43,224 bases of DNA from Candidatus Omnitrophota bacterium. GTDB lineage: Bacteria > Omnitrophota > Gorgyraeia > 2-02-FULL-51-18. Below, piece after piece: positions 9,413 through 21,700 of this stretch (within the stretch, counting starts at the first letter, position 1; the number at the start of each line of letters is the position of its first letter). The stretch is taken from the NCBI GenBank assembly GCA_016206805.1, contig JACQQX010000041.1, forward strand, positions 1-43,224, read 5' to 3'. Both the position numbers and the translations under genes were made by a program. The notes under the pieces were generated by a model, which worked only from the letters and a program-made list of their open reading frames with translations, was not told where the DNA came from and ran no database searches.

Positions 9413-9449
9413 TGTCATTTCGAATCCGCCGCAGGCGGATGAGAAATCT
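9413..9449. repeat. Half copy of the TGTCATTTCG...GAGAAATCT palindrome
   Basis: tgtcatttcgaatccgccgcaggcggatgagaaatct. Confidence 0.75.
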
Positions 9450-9456
9450 TGTTTTA

Positions 9457-9485
9457 TTGACAACTTGTGATCAATCGAGGATACT
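9457..9485 (+). promoter_or_regulatory. Putative sigma70 promoter
   Basis: TTGACA-17 nt-GATACT, 6 nt before ATG 9492. Confidence 0.45.
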
Positions 9486-9491
9486 CGGGTT

Positions 9492-9713
9492 ATGTTAAAA
9501 CATGCGCCCAAAAAAATCGTTTCCGAAGAAAGTCTTATGCTTGTCGAAAAGATCTATCAAAAAGAAAAAAAATTGGCTAAGCTGGTAACCCACATCTGGA
9601 TCAAGAAAGCACACTGTCAAGCAGCGATGCCGGCCGCGTGTAAGGCCAAACGGGCTGCGGCGAGGGCGTTGCCTAACAACCGCCCCAAGGCCTTGACCGT
9701 GGTTTGGGAGTAA
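9492..9713 (+). CDS. Small basic hypothetical protein (uncertain), overlaps the giant gene 3' end
   Basis: ORF starts at the predicted TSS of a TTGACA promoter; no recognisable family. Confidence 0.3.
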   Translation: MLKHAPKKIVSEESLMLVEKIYQKEKKLAKLVTHIWIKKAHCQAAMPAACKAKRAAARALPNNRPKALTVVWE

Positions 9714-12700
9714 TCAAAATCCTCATCAAAATTCTGCATCGCTTCGTAGACCTCAGGAGTTAACCGGAAAGAAGCGTGAATACCTCCGCGGATCAGCGTT
9801 TGGAAAAGCTGGATCCCTTTATCGTCCAGGTCACGGTACTCCAATCTTCCCTCGGCAATAGCCGCCATAAACATCGCCGTAAACGGCAGAAAATCCTGAT
9901 GGCTATCTTCTTCCCAGACCAAAACACCCATCCCCTTTTTTGTCAGCGCTTGTTCTTCTAAATGCGCCGGAAACACATTAATCGTTTTTTCCGGCTCAAA
10001 ACCTACCAAATCATCCGAAAGGTCATCAGCCTTAAAACGCACATTATTGAAATTCTGGCGGATAAACTCGATGCTCTTGACCAACGCATAACGCCTAGCT
10101 GGTTTCATATTCTCCCAATCATCAGTTACTCTGATTAAGAGAGGCTTGCCATCTCGGACATCTTCGGTAACATCCAGCCCAAGCTGGTGAATTCGAGCAA
10201 ACAGGACCTCCATTTCATCTCTGCCAAACCTGTCATTCCCGAATGCTTCCATCGGGAATCGACTTTCGCTTGACCCACCACGTATCCGCAAAATAGGCCG
10301 CCTCATTCCATCCCATAAAACCCCACCATCTTCCTCTCGAACCGCAAACCCCGCTCCCTTCCCTATCCTCACCGGATAAGCCAAGCGCTCAGGCAGTTCA
10401 TTCAACCTCACCGCCTCCGAAAAGGATCGTTCCAGGCTCAAAATTTCGGGCCGAGAAAGCCTGCTTCCTCTCTGTAAGGGTCGTGGCAAGATATCGCTTG
10501 CTAACAGCGCAACCGGCTCCCGATCTCCTTCCCCGGGCGCGACCCATCGCGCCCCTACGCGGGTTTCAAAAGCGGATGATGGATCGTTTTCCCTCTCCCC
10601 TCTTACCTCTTCCCTCTTACCTGCCCTTATCGCCCGCCGCGCCCGTCCATTTCGGTGAGATTCAAATCTTGGGTGCGGTTTGCTCGCCAGCCTTGCCCCG
10701 GGAGGATCGGGCCGATCCAGCGCCGCGATAACATCCCTTGCTCCGCGGCGCCAATTCGGGTTTTGGCTTTCAAATAAAGAAAAAAGATGGTCCTTGAGAT
10801 CGGGGGCGCCCGCGGCGATCCTGACAAGCTCACAAACCGCTTCCCGATGAAACTCCGTCCACCGTTCGTGGGCGCCCATCTGCAGAAGCCATCGCCTGGC
10901 CATAAGATCATGGCCGTGGAGACTGAAAAACTCCAGGAGCGACTCCGCGGAAGAAATAATTTCCCGCTGGATTTGACTCTCGGTAAGAAAACGGGTTGCC
11001 GCCTCGATCAGATCGGGAAGAAACGCGATGGAAAAAACAAAAAACGGTTCGGCCAGCTGATCGCGCCAGTTGGGGGCCGCCTTGATTTCCAGGAGCCTTT
11101 CATACAAAGCCACCGCTGTCTTCCGCCATAAGGAGACCGGATTTTCCCGGTCATCGCCCCACCAGGCCCCCTCCACCGCGTAAACCAGCTCCTCCGAATC
11201 CTTCAAGACAGCATTAAAAGAATCGTCGGGTTTAATGATTAATAAATAATGCCGCAATCTTTTCATCGAACCGGCAAGCTCGTTTTCATACCGGAACGGG
11301 CTGTCATGAAATCTCCCGACGATCGCGTCCATCGCGGACATCAATTTGTTAAGAACCTTTCCTAAACCCCCGTCCCAGAGATCGGTGAACCGTAAACCCC
11401 GATTTTTGATTAAAATAAGAGCGCGGCGGATCTTTTCAAAGCCCAGACGCATCTGGCTCCTTTCTTCCGGAGTCAGGCCAACGCGCCCCAACAAGGAAAG
11501 AATCCGCTCCGTCTCCCCGATCGCCCGATCCAAAACCGTAAAGCCCCAATCCCTCTTTTCCGCCAACCGCGACCCGGGGCGCTTTTGGAGCTTGGCGATC
11601 ACGTCGGCGGTTAGACGCGTAAGGGCGGCCCGTCGCTCTTGGGTGAACGCGATGCGACTAATTTTCAGAAAGCTTCTCCGCAATGAACGCGCCGTTGACA
11701 CGTCGCTGGCGGCGGGAATGCTGGCCTCGTAGTAATGATAAATGGCCTCCCGGAGACGCGGGATCCATCGTTCAGCCTCCTCCTCTCCCTCCCGCTCTCT
11801 AACTTGAGACCAGTCATGCAATAATTCCCAAATATCCTGAACGCTTTTTAAATTATTTATCCGGTTTTCCAAATCAGCAAGATAATCCCGCGCCGCCAAC
11901 CGCGCGGCGGTTGAGGAATTATTTTCATTCTTAGGTTGCCCGGATCTCAAAAAGCGCAGCGCTCCCGGCTTGAACGTCCACTCCACGCCGCCCTCTTTCG
12001 GTTTTGCGAAAGCTTTCCCGCGCGCGCGCGCCATCTCGGCGATCCGCTGCCACAACCGGCGGTCAAATAACTGCACTTCGCTCAGGAAAATATTGAGCCT
12101 CAAATCGTCGTCATTTTTAGACATTAAAAGCAGCGAGCTCCAGCGCCGAGCCGGACCATCGTCCGGCAATCTTTCGACGCCAAGCCTTCTGAAATATTCC
12201 AGCGGCGCCCGGTATCCGAAAAGCTCCATCTCGATAAGCCGGTCGGCCAATTGCGCGCAAAACCAGTCGGGCAAATCGCCGGCCTCGGCCCTGCGGAAAA
12301 AATCCTCAGCCAAGGCATTGAGCCTGCGGTACTCTTTCGGATGCGCTTTCATATCGGACAATGTGGAGCCTTCCTTGAGCGCCAAAGCAATAAGCGCGTG
12401 GCGGGTGGCGGCATTCCGTCCGGCCGACTCCAGAAGTTTCTCGAAATGGTTAACGTTTAAAGTGAGCTGTCGCGTATCCTTGGCTCCGATGGTATCGTTT
12501 ATCTTCACGGCCGCGGCCGGCCGAGGCGGCTGGGGATCCTCATCGCCGATATCCGGAAAAATCATGAGCAGCTTGTTGGGGACGTTGAGAAACTCGTCCA
12601 CCCAGGCCCTTTCGTTGGCGCTGAGACCAGGACGAATTTCATCAAAGAATCGCTTCAGCCCTGCCAGTACCCGCTCGGAACGCTCCTCTTTCGCCGATTG

Positions 12701-15700
12701 AGGCTCCGTCCGCTCATTCCCTCGGGGTCTGTCCCCGCTTAAGAAGTCATAAAAAAGGCTTATTAAATAAATAGATCCGGCGGCCCCTAAAAGCGCTAAC
12801 AGTGTTTCCCGGCGATCCATTTTTCCCGCCAGCCGCGCGGCATTTGAGGCTGAAGGAGAATCGGTCTGGGCTGCTTCCGCCCTCGGCCTTCCGCCTTCCG
12901 CCGGTTCTTTCCCCGCCGGCCTTGCCCCGCGCCCGGCAAGGGGCCGCGCGGAGTCATCTCCCGCCACATGGACTTCCGCCAGTGGAAGAATTTGAAAATG
13001 AGGGATTAAGTTTGGCGAGGGGGTTTGTTGTAATAGGCCCAGGATGGCTCGGAGAGCGACCTCAAAAGGAGTGATCCATCCGCCGACGTCTTCCAGACCT
13101 TGAGAGCTGATTCTCACGTTGGCCAGCGCTGCTTCGCTCGGACCGTAAATAGTCAACTCGTTGATATTTTCTCTTAAACTCACGCCGGCCGCCGCCTCCC
13201 GCACGGCCCTTTCAAAAGAAGCGACCACGGGAAGCTCGTTTTCCAGGCGCGTCAAAAACCCCGACAGAACCTCAAGCGGTTTATCGTGGGCGGTTGTCCA
13301 ATCAACGGCGTGAATGAATACACGGTGGTTCCGGAAAATCCTCTCCAAAAGCCGCTGGATCTCCACCTGGCTCGAGCGATCCAGCGCGGCGCCTCCAAAC
13401 CGGATGTCGATATCCGAAGGGAAAACCGCGGCGGCTTTTCCGGCACGATGAAGCCGCTGGGGATAAATAACATTAAAGAACGCGTCCCCGTAGTCGGCGA
13501 TGTCCTGAGTGATGTAATTGAGAGCCGCCTGATCGGGAAACAGACCCAGTCGCATCGCGCCGCGGGCAAAACTCCCCGTCAAAAAAATCTCGGCTCCCGG
13601 CGCGATGCGGGAAACGCCTCCGCTCAACTCACCAGCGGCCGCGCGAATCCGATCGATGGTTCGGCGAACACCGTCGAGGGTGACCGCCATTCCCTTGTCG
13701 TTAAAATCGCCCTCTTCCCGACGACCGGTCGCCAACCGCGCGGCGGAAGGAGTCTGGTCCGCTGATTCCATGTCCGAAATGAAACGAAGCAAATCATTCA
13801 CGAGCCGGTTGAACTCCCTCAGGCTCCAGGCCAGCTCCAGCGCCCCGGCAGGCTCGCCCGTCTTCGCGTTAAGCTGCTCACTCATGACCTGCCCGTTCAG
13901 ATGACGCATATGGCTGGTTATCCAATCCAAATAACCCAAAGCTTTTTCAAGAACTTTATCCTGAGTGCTGGCCCTCACATCCGTGCCCAACAGGATGTGG
14001 AACGCCTGGGGATTAATGCGAGGATTGGGGTTTTCCGCGAAAAGCCGGAGCATGTAAAAAAGAAGCCGGCCGTACCAGGCCGTTGTCAGATACCAGGGAT
14101 TCTGACCCACATAGCCATCCAGAGGATAGCGCCCGATTCCCTGCCCCTTCCTCGGGCCATTCTCATCTTTCCACTCCCCGTTGATGGGGTAAAGCGAACG
14201 AAACACGATTTCATGGGCCGCAAAAGTTTGAATCACATGAAGATCAACGGCCGTCAAGAAAGGCATGCCTTCACGGCTTTCCTCGATGCTGTGAATAATG
14301 GCGCCTATCACCGAGGAATCAATGGGCCTTACGGTACGCCTGTCCTGTTCGGTAACCGTCGAAACAATAATTTCAAAATCGCCCGCCTTTGTGTCGGCCT
14401 CTTCGTCCCCGTACTGGGCTTCGAGATATTTTTGTTTGATCGCCTCCCGCAATTCAAGAATTAGTGGGAGTTGTTTTTTGTTTTTGTCGTCCTCGTGAAG
14501 ATATCGCATCTCCCGCAAAACCTGGTCCAGCGGCTTGATGTGGTCTTTGCGGATATTTTGCCGTATTTCAACCGCTTTCGCCTCCCAACGTTCGATTTCT
14601 TCGCCGGCGATGCTCAGGCGCTTGGCTAAAACAACGGCCTTATCCAAGGCGCGCGCCTGAGCCATTCGTGTATAAAAATGCAGTCCGTACAATTCCTCCC
14701 AAAGGTCAAAGCAAGGCTGATCCGCCGTCCTGCTGACAAAAGCCGTCAGTCGCTGAACGATGGGCCATGTCTCTTTTCGGAGCTGATCATTCGTCGCCGT
14801 GCCCGGGGTTTGCTCCATACGCGCCAACGCTTGATCGACGTAAGTTACAACCGTCAGCGCCGCGCCGTCAAACTGCGGGTTGCCCCATGGTCCGGAATAT
14901 ATCGTCCCATCCACCTCCCATTTGGCGAAACCCAGCAAATCCGGGAAGTTCCGTGACCGGCTTTTGTCGTCTTCCTCAAAAACCTTGGCCATGTATTGAA
15001 AAAGGTAGGCGTGGATTTTGTGGTTGATGCGGCGCTTAAGGTCAGGCGGCAAATCCACGTATTGAACCAAATGGATAAGGCCTTTGATGAGCAGGGCGGC
15101 GTCACGAGGCCATACGTACCAATAGGGATGGATTTTACTATGGTGCCTGGCCGCCACAGCCGCTCCCTCGATCGCGGCCGGGACCGGATGCCATTCTTCC
15201 CTCGTTCCCATTTTTTGGAACGAGAAAACGCGGAATCCGTCTTGCGACGAAGGGTCAATCGGCAACGAAAAACTATCCTCGTAAAGATGCATCCCGTCTT
15301 TATAGTCCCTGTGACCTTCTCGCCGAATCTCATACCAATAATCCAGGGACCACCAGATGGACGACGTAAAAATACGGCCAATGGATTTTTTCCGGTCCGG
15401 CTCCGGGAGAGCGACAACAATGCCTGTGGAACAAACAGTTTTGGAAGGGTCCTGGTTTTTGTCCAGAGATTGGACGAAAGCCGGAACCCTTGGATCGTTT
15501 GTCAGAATTTTTGTAAAACCTTTCGCGATCAGGAGTTCTTCCGGGCTGGCGCCGGCTTTCAAGTTTTTTAGTTCGGTTGTTAAGTCATTCACCCGTTTTT
15601 CCAAATCTTTTTGTTCTTTCTCTTTTTCCGCCTCGGTAGGACGCCAAAACGGTCGGTCGCCCTCCCGTAACACAAACTCCAAAAGCTGTTCGGCCGTTTC

Positions 15701-18700
15701 CTGAAGCGTCCGTAAAGCCCAATTCTTTCGGTCACCCGCCGCTTCCGCCAATCGCGCGCCGCGTCCCGTTCGTCCTCGGGCGCGGATCGAGCCCCACGCG
15801 CTGTCAATAGGTTCCTTGAAAAACGGGTAAGCCGCCTTAAGCGCGGAAAAACGCCGCTGCGCGTGAGTCATCCGATCGGCAGGAGACGCGTAACTCATTA
15901 CCCGGGACATCGCATGACGAAGCAAGCGCTCAAACGGTGTCAGATAATACTCCCCGAATTCCTGCACCCGTCTATCCCATGAATAATCCGAGTTCAGCGC
16001 GTTGGAGACCACTTCTTTCCATTCGGCCGGACGGTTATAAACAGCCATCGCTTCCACGATGGCCCCAAACAACTCATCTTTATCGTATCCCTCAAAAATA
16101 AAACCGTTTCCGTCAGGGCGCCTCTGGGTGTGAAAAGACCGAACCGTGTCCTGAAGGCCGCCCGTTTTTCTCACGATGGGAACCGTTCCGTAAAGCATCG
16201 CGATTGGGGGAGTCAGGCCAAACGGCTCCGTTTTGGAGGGCACAAGAAACAGGTCGCTCCCCGCATACACGAGTTTGTCGTTGGAATCGATCCTGTAGCC
16301 TTCCAAGTCCACCGGGCCCCTGTCCAAACGATCGTCCGGATCGTTCAGATAAAAACGGAACCGTCCGTCATACCCGCTCTGCCAAAGGTATTGCGCCAGA
16401 TTTCTAAAGTTCGCCTTTTCCTCGTCAAAACCGTTCATGTCATTGAAAATAATGACTTGCGCGCCGAGCCTCAGGAACTTTTCGACGTTGTCCCGCACAA
16501 GACCCGTTCCCTTTTGGTCCGGATCCAACCGGGCGATCATGGAAATGATCGGCGCTTTCGGATCAACCTTCAAACCAAACCGCTTTTGCAATTCGGTCTT
16601 CGCCATGGGTTTTATTTTTTTCATCTGTTCAGCGTCCGTAAACCCGCGATAAGCGCCGGAGCCGTTCCCGTTTCCCTTGTCCAGTCCGTTGGCGATCGGG
16701 TGCCACGCTCCTTCCTGGAGTCTCCTTCCGGCGACTTCACCCAAACCCTCCGTCAGAGAAGGATCGCCGAGAATTTCCCCGCCGTATCCCCGGCTGACCG
16801 GATCGACCCCGTCGGCAAGCGCCATGGCCGCCCGCGCCAAATTAAACCCGCCTCGAAGCGAAAAATCACGGGCGTATTGGGCCGGATCCGTCAGATGAAG
16901 GCCGAGCATGCCGAACCACTCATCCGGAAATTGGCCCTGATAAGAGAGCCCGGCGTTGTGGATTCTGTAAAAATACATGGCCCGGGAAAGCGAGTCTTTA
17001 AAATCATTTCTCTCATCAAGATGCCAGCTGGAGTGTTCGAGCCTCGCCAGGATGGGGACAAGAGCCGTCATCCAGTCATGAGCGTGAATGACATCGGGGG
17101 CGGGCATCAGGTTTTTTTGAACTAATTTAGGAATGATCTCCATCACACTGCGTGAGATAAAAACAGCCTGCCCAAGCGCGGAGTCCGGATAAGTGGTGTC
17201 GTAGAGATGGTGCGTATAATCCAGGGACGGATCCGAAGCGTGAAAAAGCCAGTGGTCAACCCCGTTGACTACCGCGTGTTTCACCGCGCCGGGAACTTGC
17301 GCGTTTCCGACAGGAACTGAATATTCAATCCCTGTCGATCGGACTTCAAAATCCGGCGGCGCTGAGTTTCCATTGATTTTGCGCCGGTACTCCGGCATGA
17401 CTAACGAAACACGCGGTCTCCCCCGCTCATCCCTCGAACCCTGCCGCGCGATAGCCGCGGCCTGTTGAGCCGCCGAATCCCCGAGGCCTCCCCCTTTTGC
17501 GAACGGAACCGCTTCCGAAGTAACGATGGCAACCCGCGATGGAAACCCATCCCATGAGATCGCCTTTCCACGCTCCGCCAGCCGCGCGGCAGTGATTTTT
17601 AGCGCCACGTCCTTCGAAGTGAAATCACGGTGCGCAAAATCATACATTCGAACGAACCCGGATGGAGTCAGCATAGCCAGAGGAGCTCCTGTTTCTCGCA
17701 TTGTTTGAAAGTCCTCATCCTCAAGGTAGAGAGTTTCTCGTCCATCCGCATGGTAGCGTAGAGTAAAAAGCAGTACGGCATCTTCTGGAGTCTGGAGAAT
17801 GGTTTCAGCGGATTGGCCGGAAGAAGCCGGAATGATTTGTATTCCCCGCTTAAAATGATAGTAAACCTCAGCATCCTCTCGGAGCCCGCGCAAAGACCTA
17901 GATAAATAAGATGAGGCCCTTATGAAATCGACCAATTCACCCACTCGGCGATCAAAACGAGCTTTCTTAATGCGACTCACCCTCTCCTCAACAAGTCTTA
18001 CCTTGGCACGACGACCATACGGAAACCCGGAACTTCGCTCCTTGATGAACTTTCTAGCTCGATACACTATTTCGCGTAATTTGCCTGAAGAGATATTCAG
18101 TTCTTCCGCGGCTTGTTCATAACTTGTGCCTCGGATAATCAATAAAAGCGGCTCCTTCCATTCTGGCTTAAGCCTACTAATAGCGCGTCCAACGGCGTCC
18201 CAGGCTTCTTCAGCAACAATCTGTTTTAAAGGATCCGCTTCCGGCCTGTCAGGCAATCGAAGAAAAGCGTCAATGCCAAGGTCCGCCTTATCCGGATGTT
18301 TTGATAATACAATATCCTCATCCGAACGCCTGGCCTCACTACCCAATCCGATCATTCTGTCGCTCCCCTTTATTTCTCTCACTACCAGAAATCCCCGGCG
18401 AATAAGATAAGATAGTTTGCGCGCGATTTTCTTAATATGGGAAGGCGTGATCGGCTCGTCGGCTTTTATTCCCAAAAGTGTGCGGACACTATCGTGCTGT
18501 CGGATATAATCGGATAGCTCGAAATACCCCGCTTGGATTTTGCGATAGAAGGGAAGCTGCGGGTTGACCAAATCCGCGTAAAAACGGAATGCTAGGGTTT
18601 CTGCCTGCATCATTCGTTCAGTTTCACGCCGTGAATATCCTGCGATGTGGTATCGCTGAAAATGCCCTGGATTACGTTTAAAATATGGCATTAAGATTTC

Positions 18701-21700
18701 ATAAGGCACCGCCAACTCTTCGGCGACTTCTTCCATAGTCATTCCCCATAAGAGCTCGCCATAAGCATCCATCAAAGATTTTAAATCCATTGGAGTATCG
18801 TGCCGCTCCAAGACTTTACGCTCAGTCAAAGAGACGGGCGTGGCTTGGGATTTGAGTTCCGCCAGCCGCGCTCCCGGGGGAACCGTGGACGAGCGCCTAA
18901 CGAAACCAGGGAGATCTTCGTAGCCCAATGCCCGGCAAACGTCCTGGAAAATTCTATCTCTTGGTCGTTCGTTTTGAGCAAATTTCCAGAATTGCAGCGC
19001 GATTTGTGTTTGGACGGACAAGGACATTTCGGGCCTAACGATAAACCCATACCGGCCGGGATTTTTTTCGATCAGTCGGAGCATTTCATCACGAATGCGC
19101 TTTCTGGCGGACCGGCGATCCGGCAGAAGCTGGCTCTCATTCACGAGAAAATCAAATAGCCCCAAAAGCCCTCCGTGACGAAAATCGACCAGCATGGCAC
19201 GGCCTTCGCTGTCCGCCGATCCCCAGCGGTTTTCATTAAAATTCTTGTTAAAGATAGGGTTTCCATTATCCAAATGATGCCCGTATTCATGGGTGGCGAT
19301 GGATTGTAGAAACAACGGCTCGGCGTTCTCCGGATTCCCCACCAAAGAAAATAATTTTAGCCTGGACATGGAAAAAGCCCGATCTAGATTGACATCATTC
19401 GCCCCTCCGCTCTCAAACATAAGCGGTATATCCTCCACGCGCCTTAACGCTTCAAGCTTTTCTTGGATTCGAAACATTTCGCTCCGGATTTTCTCTACAT
19501 GGGATCTGAATGGATCCTCATACACCATGGGCTGTGAAAACAACGCCTCCCCGCCAACGCTTACCGTCTTTCCGATCACTCCGGCTTCTTTCATTTCCGG
19601 ATTGGACACCACAGGGACGGCGGGATTTCCGGGCATGTCGTTTAGCCTAACCGTGCTTTTGACCGGATAAATTCCATTGAGGGGAACGTAGCTTCTTTCA
19701 AAATTTGTTTTTTTGAACAACCACTCTCCCTTGTAAACAACAATAAAGCCGTGTCCTGCCGCATAAGCGCGAATGCGCCCGTAAAGAGCGCGATTCCCGG
19801 CTTTTGAGTCCAACGCGGCCCCGACGCCCTTACGGTATGCCTCTGGAAGAAAATCTAAAAGACGCCGATGAAATTCGTCCAGCATTTGAACGGTATCGTT
19901 ATTTTTGTCACGGCTAAGAATCCTGGACTCGAAACTACGAAACAATTCTTCCAGTCGCCGCATTTTAGGCGCGGTGTCCTCAGTTTCAGCCGATCCCTGA
20001 ACCGCAATTCGCGAAGGACGCTGCGGTCTCGGCCCCGCGTTTCGATCCTGTCTTGTCCAGCAACCGGCGCCCATTCCGATCATCAACACTCCTAAAAGAA
20101 AAACACTCCGAAATGCCCCCGCCACCGAAACGTCGGCGGCCAGCCGCGCGGCTGTGAGTTTCCAAGCTGCCAACATCATGGCCGGAGGGGATGGAAAAGA
20201 CTTGTTGAGTAGTTTTTTGTAATCTTCTGGGACGGTAAAAAACGACAACCGGTAGTCCCGTTCATCAATCAGCGATTGGGCGAATCGGATAAGACCCAGC
20301 GACGTTTCCGATATCACGTCATGGCCGAGGAATGTGATGATCAATAGCCCTCCGGGCTTGAGCACCCTTTTTGCCTGCTGAATCAGCGCCCATGGCCTTG
20401 AATCGATATTATTGATGGTGACAATATCCTGAGAGGAGACGCTCAGGCCCGGGACGTTGTGATAATTCGGCGCGGATCGGCCCTCAGGATCAGCGTGATA
20501 TAGCCGGCGTTCCGGCGAAGGGATATTCTCAACAAGACTTTTCATCGGCTCGACACCCATCACTCTGACATCAACCCTTAAAAGATTTTTGAGATAATCG
20601 CCGAATGCGGGAACAAACGCGCCGGAACCGCTGTCCAGATCAACAAACCGCAGCGGCGAAACATGGGTAAACGCTTGTTTGATCATTAATTTCAATAATA
20701 ATGTTTGCACCTCATCAATATTTGAAAGATATTGCCTCTCAAATTTATCCGGAACCGACGAAATGCTCCGGATGGTTACCTTCCATGGAGTGGACTTAAA
20801 CGGTAGAGCTATCGAAACCACAACCTCTTGCAAGGACAGCGCCTGAATGAGATCATCCAAACGTAGACCGTCGGGCGAAGTGGCCCCATGCCGCCTGACG
20901 CGTAGGCCATTTTTTCGGATTAAGGGATTTCCTAAATGAAACGAAAGGTTTCTAAGAAAGCTCATGGATTGATCGTGTAAATTCCCGGAAAGCACATCGC
21001 TCTCTGCTGCAACGTGGCCGGATACTTCGTTCATCAAACTAGCCAACCGGCTTGCGGCGGCAGGTTCGAGAATGGGAAGCGCGCGGACTCCACTTGCCGC
21101 GGGCAATGAGGAGTCCGCCGACGCCTTGTGGCGGACTCCGGACTGACTGGGAGAATGGGCAACAGCGGATCGAGAACGTGGTCCATTTTCCATTTTCCAT
21201 TTTCCATTTTCGGCCTTTCCAAGCGGCTCTAAAAGGACCTCCTCGTATTTTCGTTGAATGGTTTCGGAGCGGATGTTGGGGGTGAGGATAACGTAGGACC
21301 AGCCTTTTTCGCGGAAAAGCCGCTTCAAATGGTCGGTGTGATAACCACCGGCGATGAGAATTACCGCACGCTTGTCATTCCGAGCGGAGGCGCTTGCGCC
21401 GTAGTCGAGGAATCGACTTGATCCCTCGACTTCGCTCGGGATGACATTGCCTGTCTTATCAATAATCCGTTCGGTGTTTCTCACAAACGCCCTGTCCCGC
21501 GCCGCCACGGAGCCGTAAAACCGCCGCAGGCTTTTCTTGCCCTTCTCCAAAATATCCTCATACGGCGCCATATCCTCAAACGCGCCGCGGTCCAGAAGCT
21601 CGCGGTTCAAAAAAGCAAGCATCGACAGCGTCGAGAAATCCTTTTCGTTAAAATCAAATAGCCGGTATTCCTCAGAGGACATCTGTATCCGGTAAGCGTT

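Noticed and set aside
601-9449. CRISPR array from the recurring TGTCAT repeats
   Set aside because: Copies are dispersed, variable and not separated by regular spacers; no cas genes
16130-17125. Long antisense ORFs (e.g. 16130-17125, 762-1604, 38447-39364, 11970-12701)
   Set aside because: Shadow frames opposite well-supported genes in GC-rich DNA; no recognisable motifs
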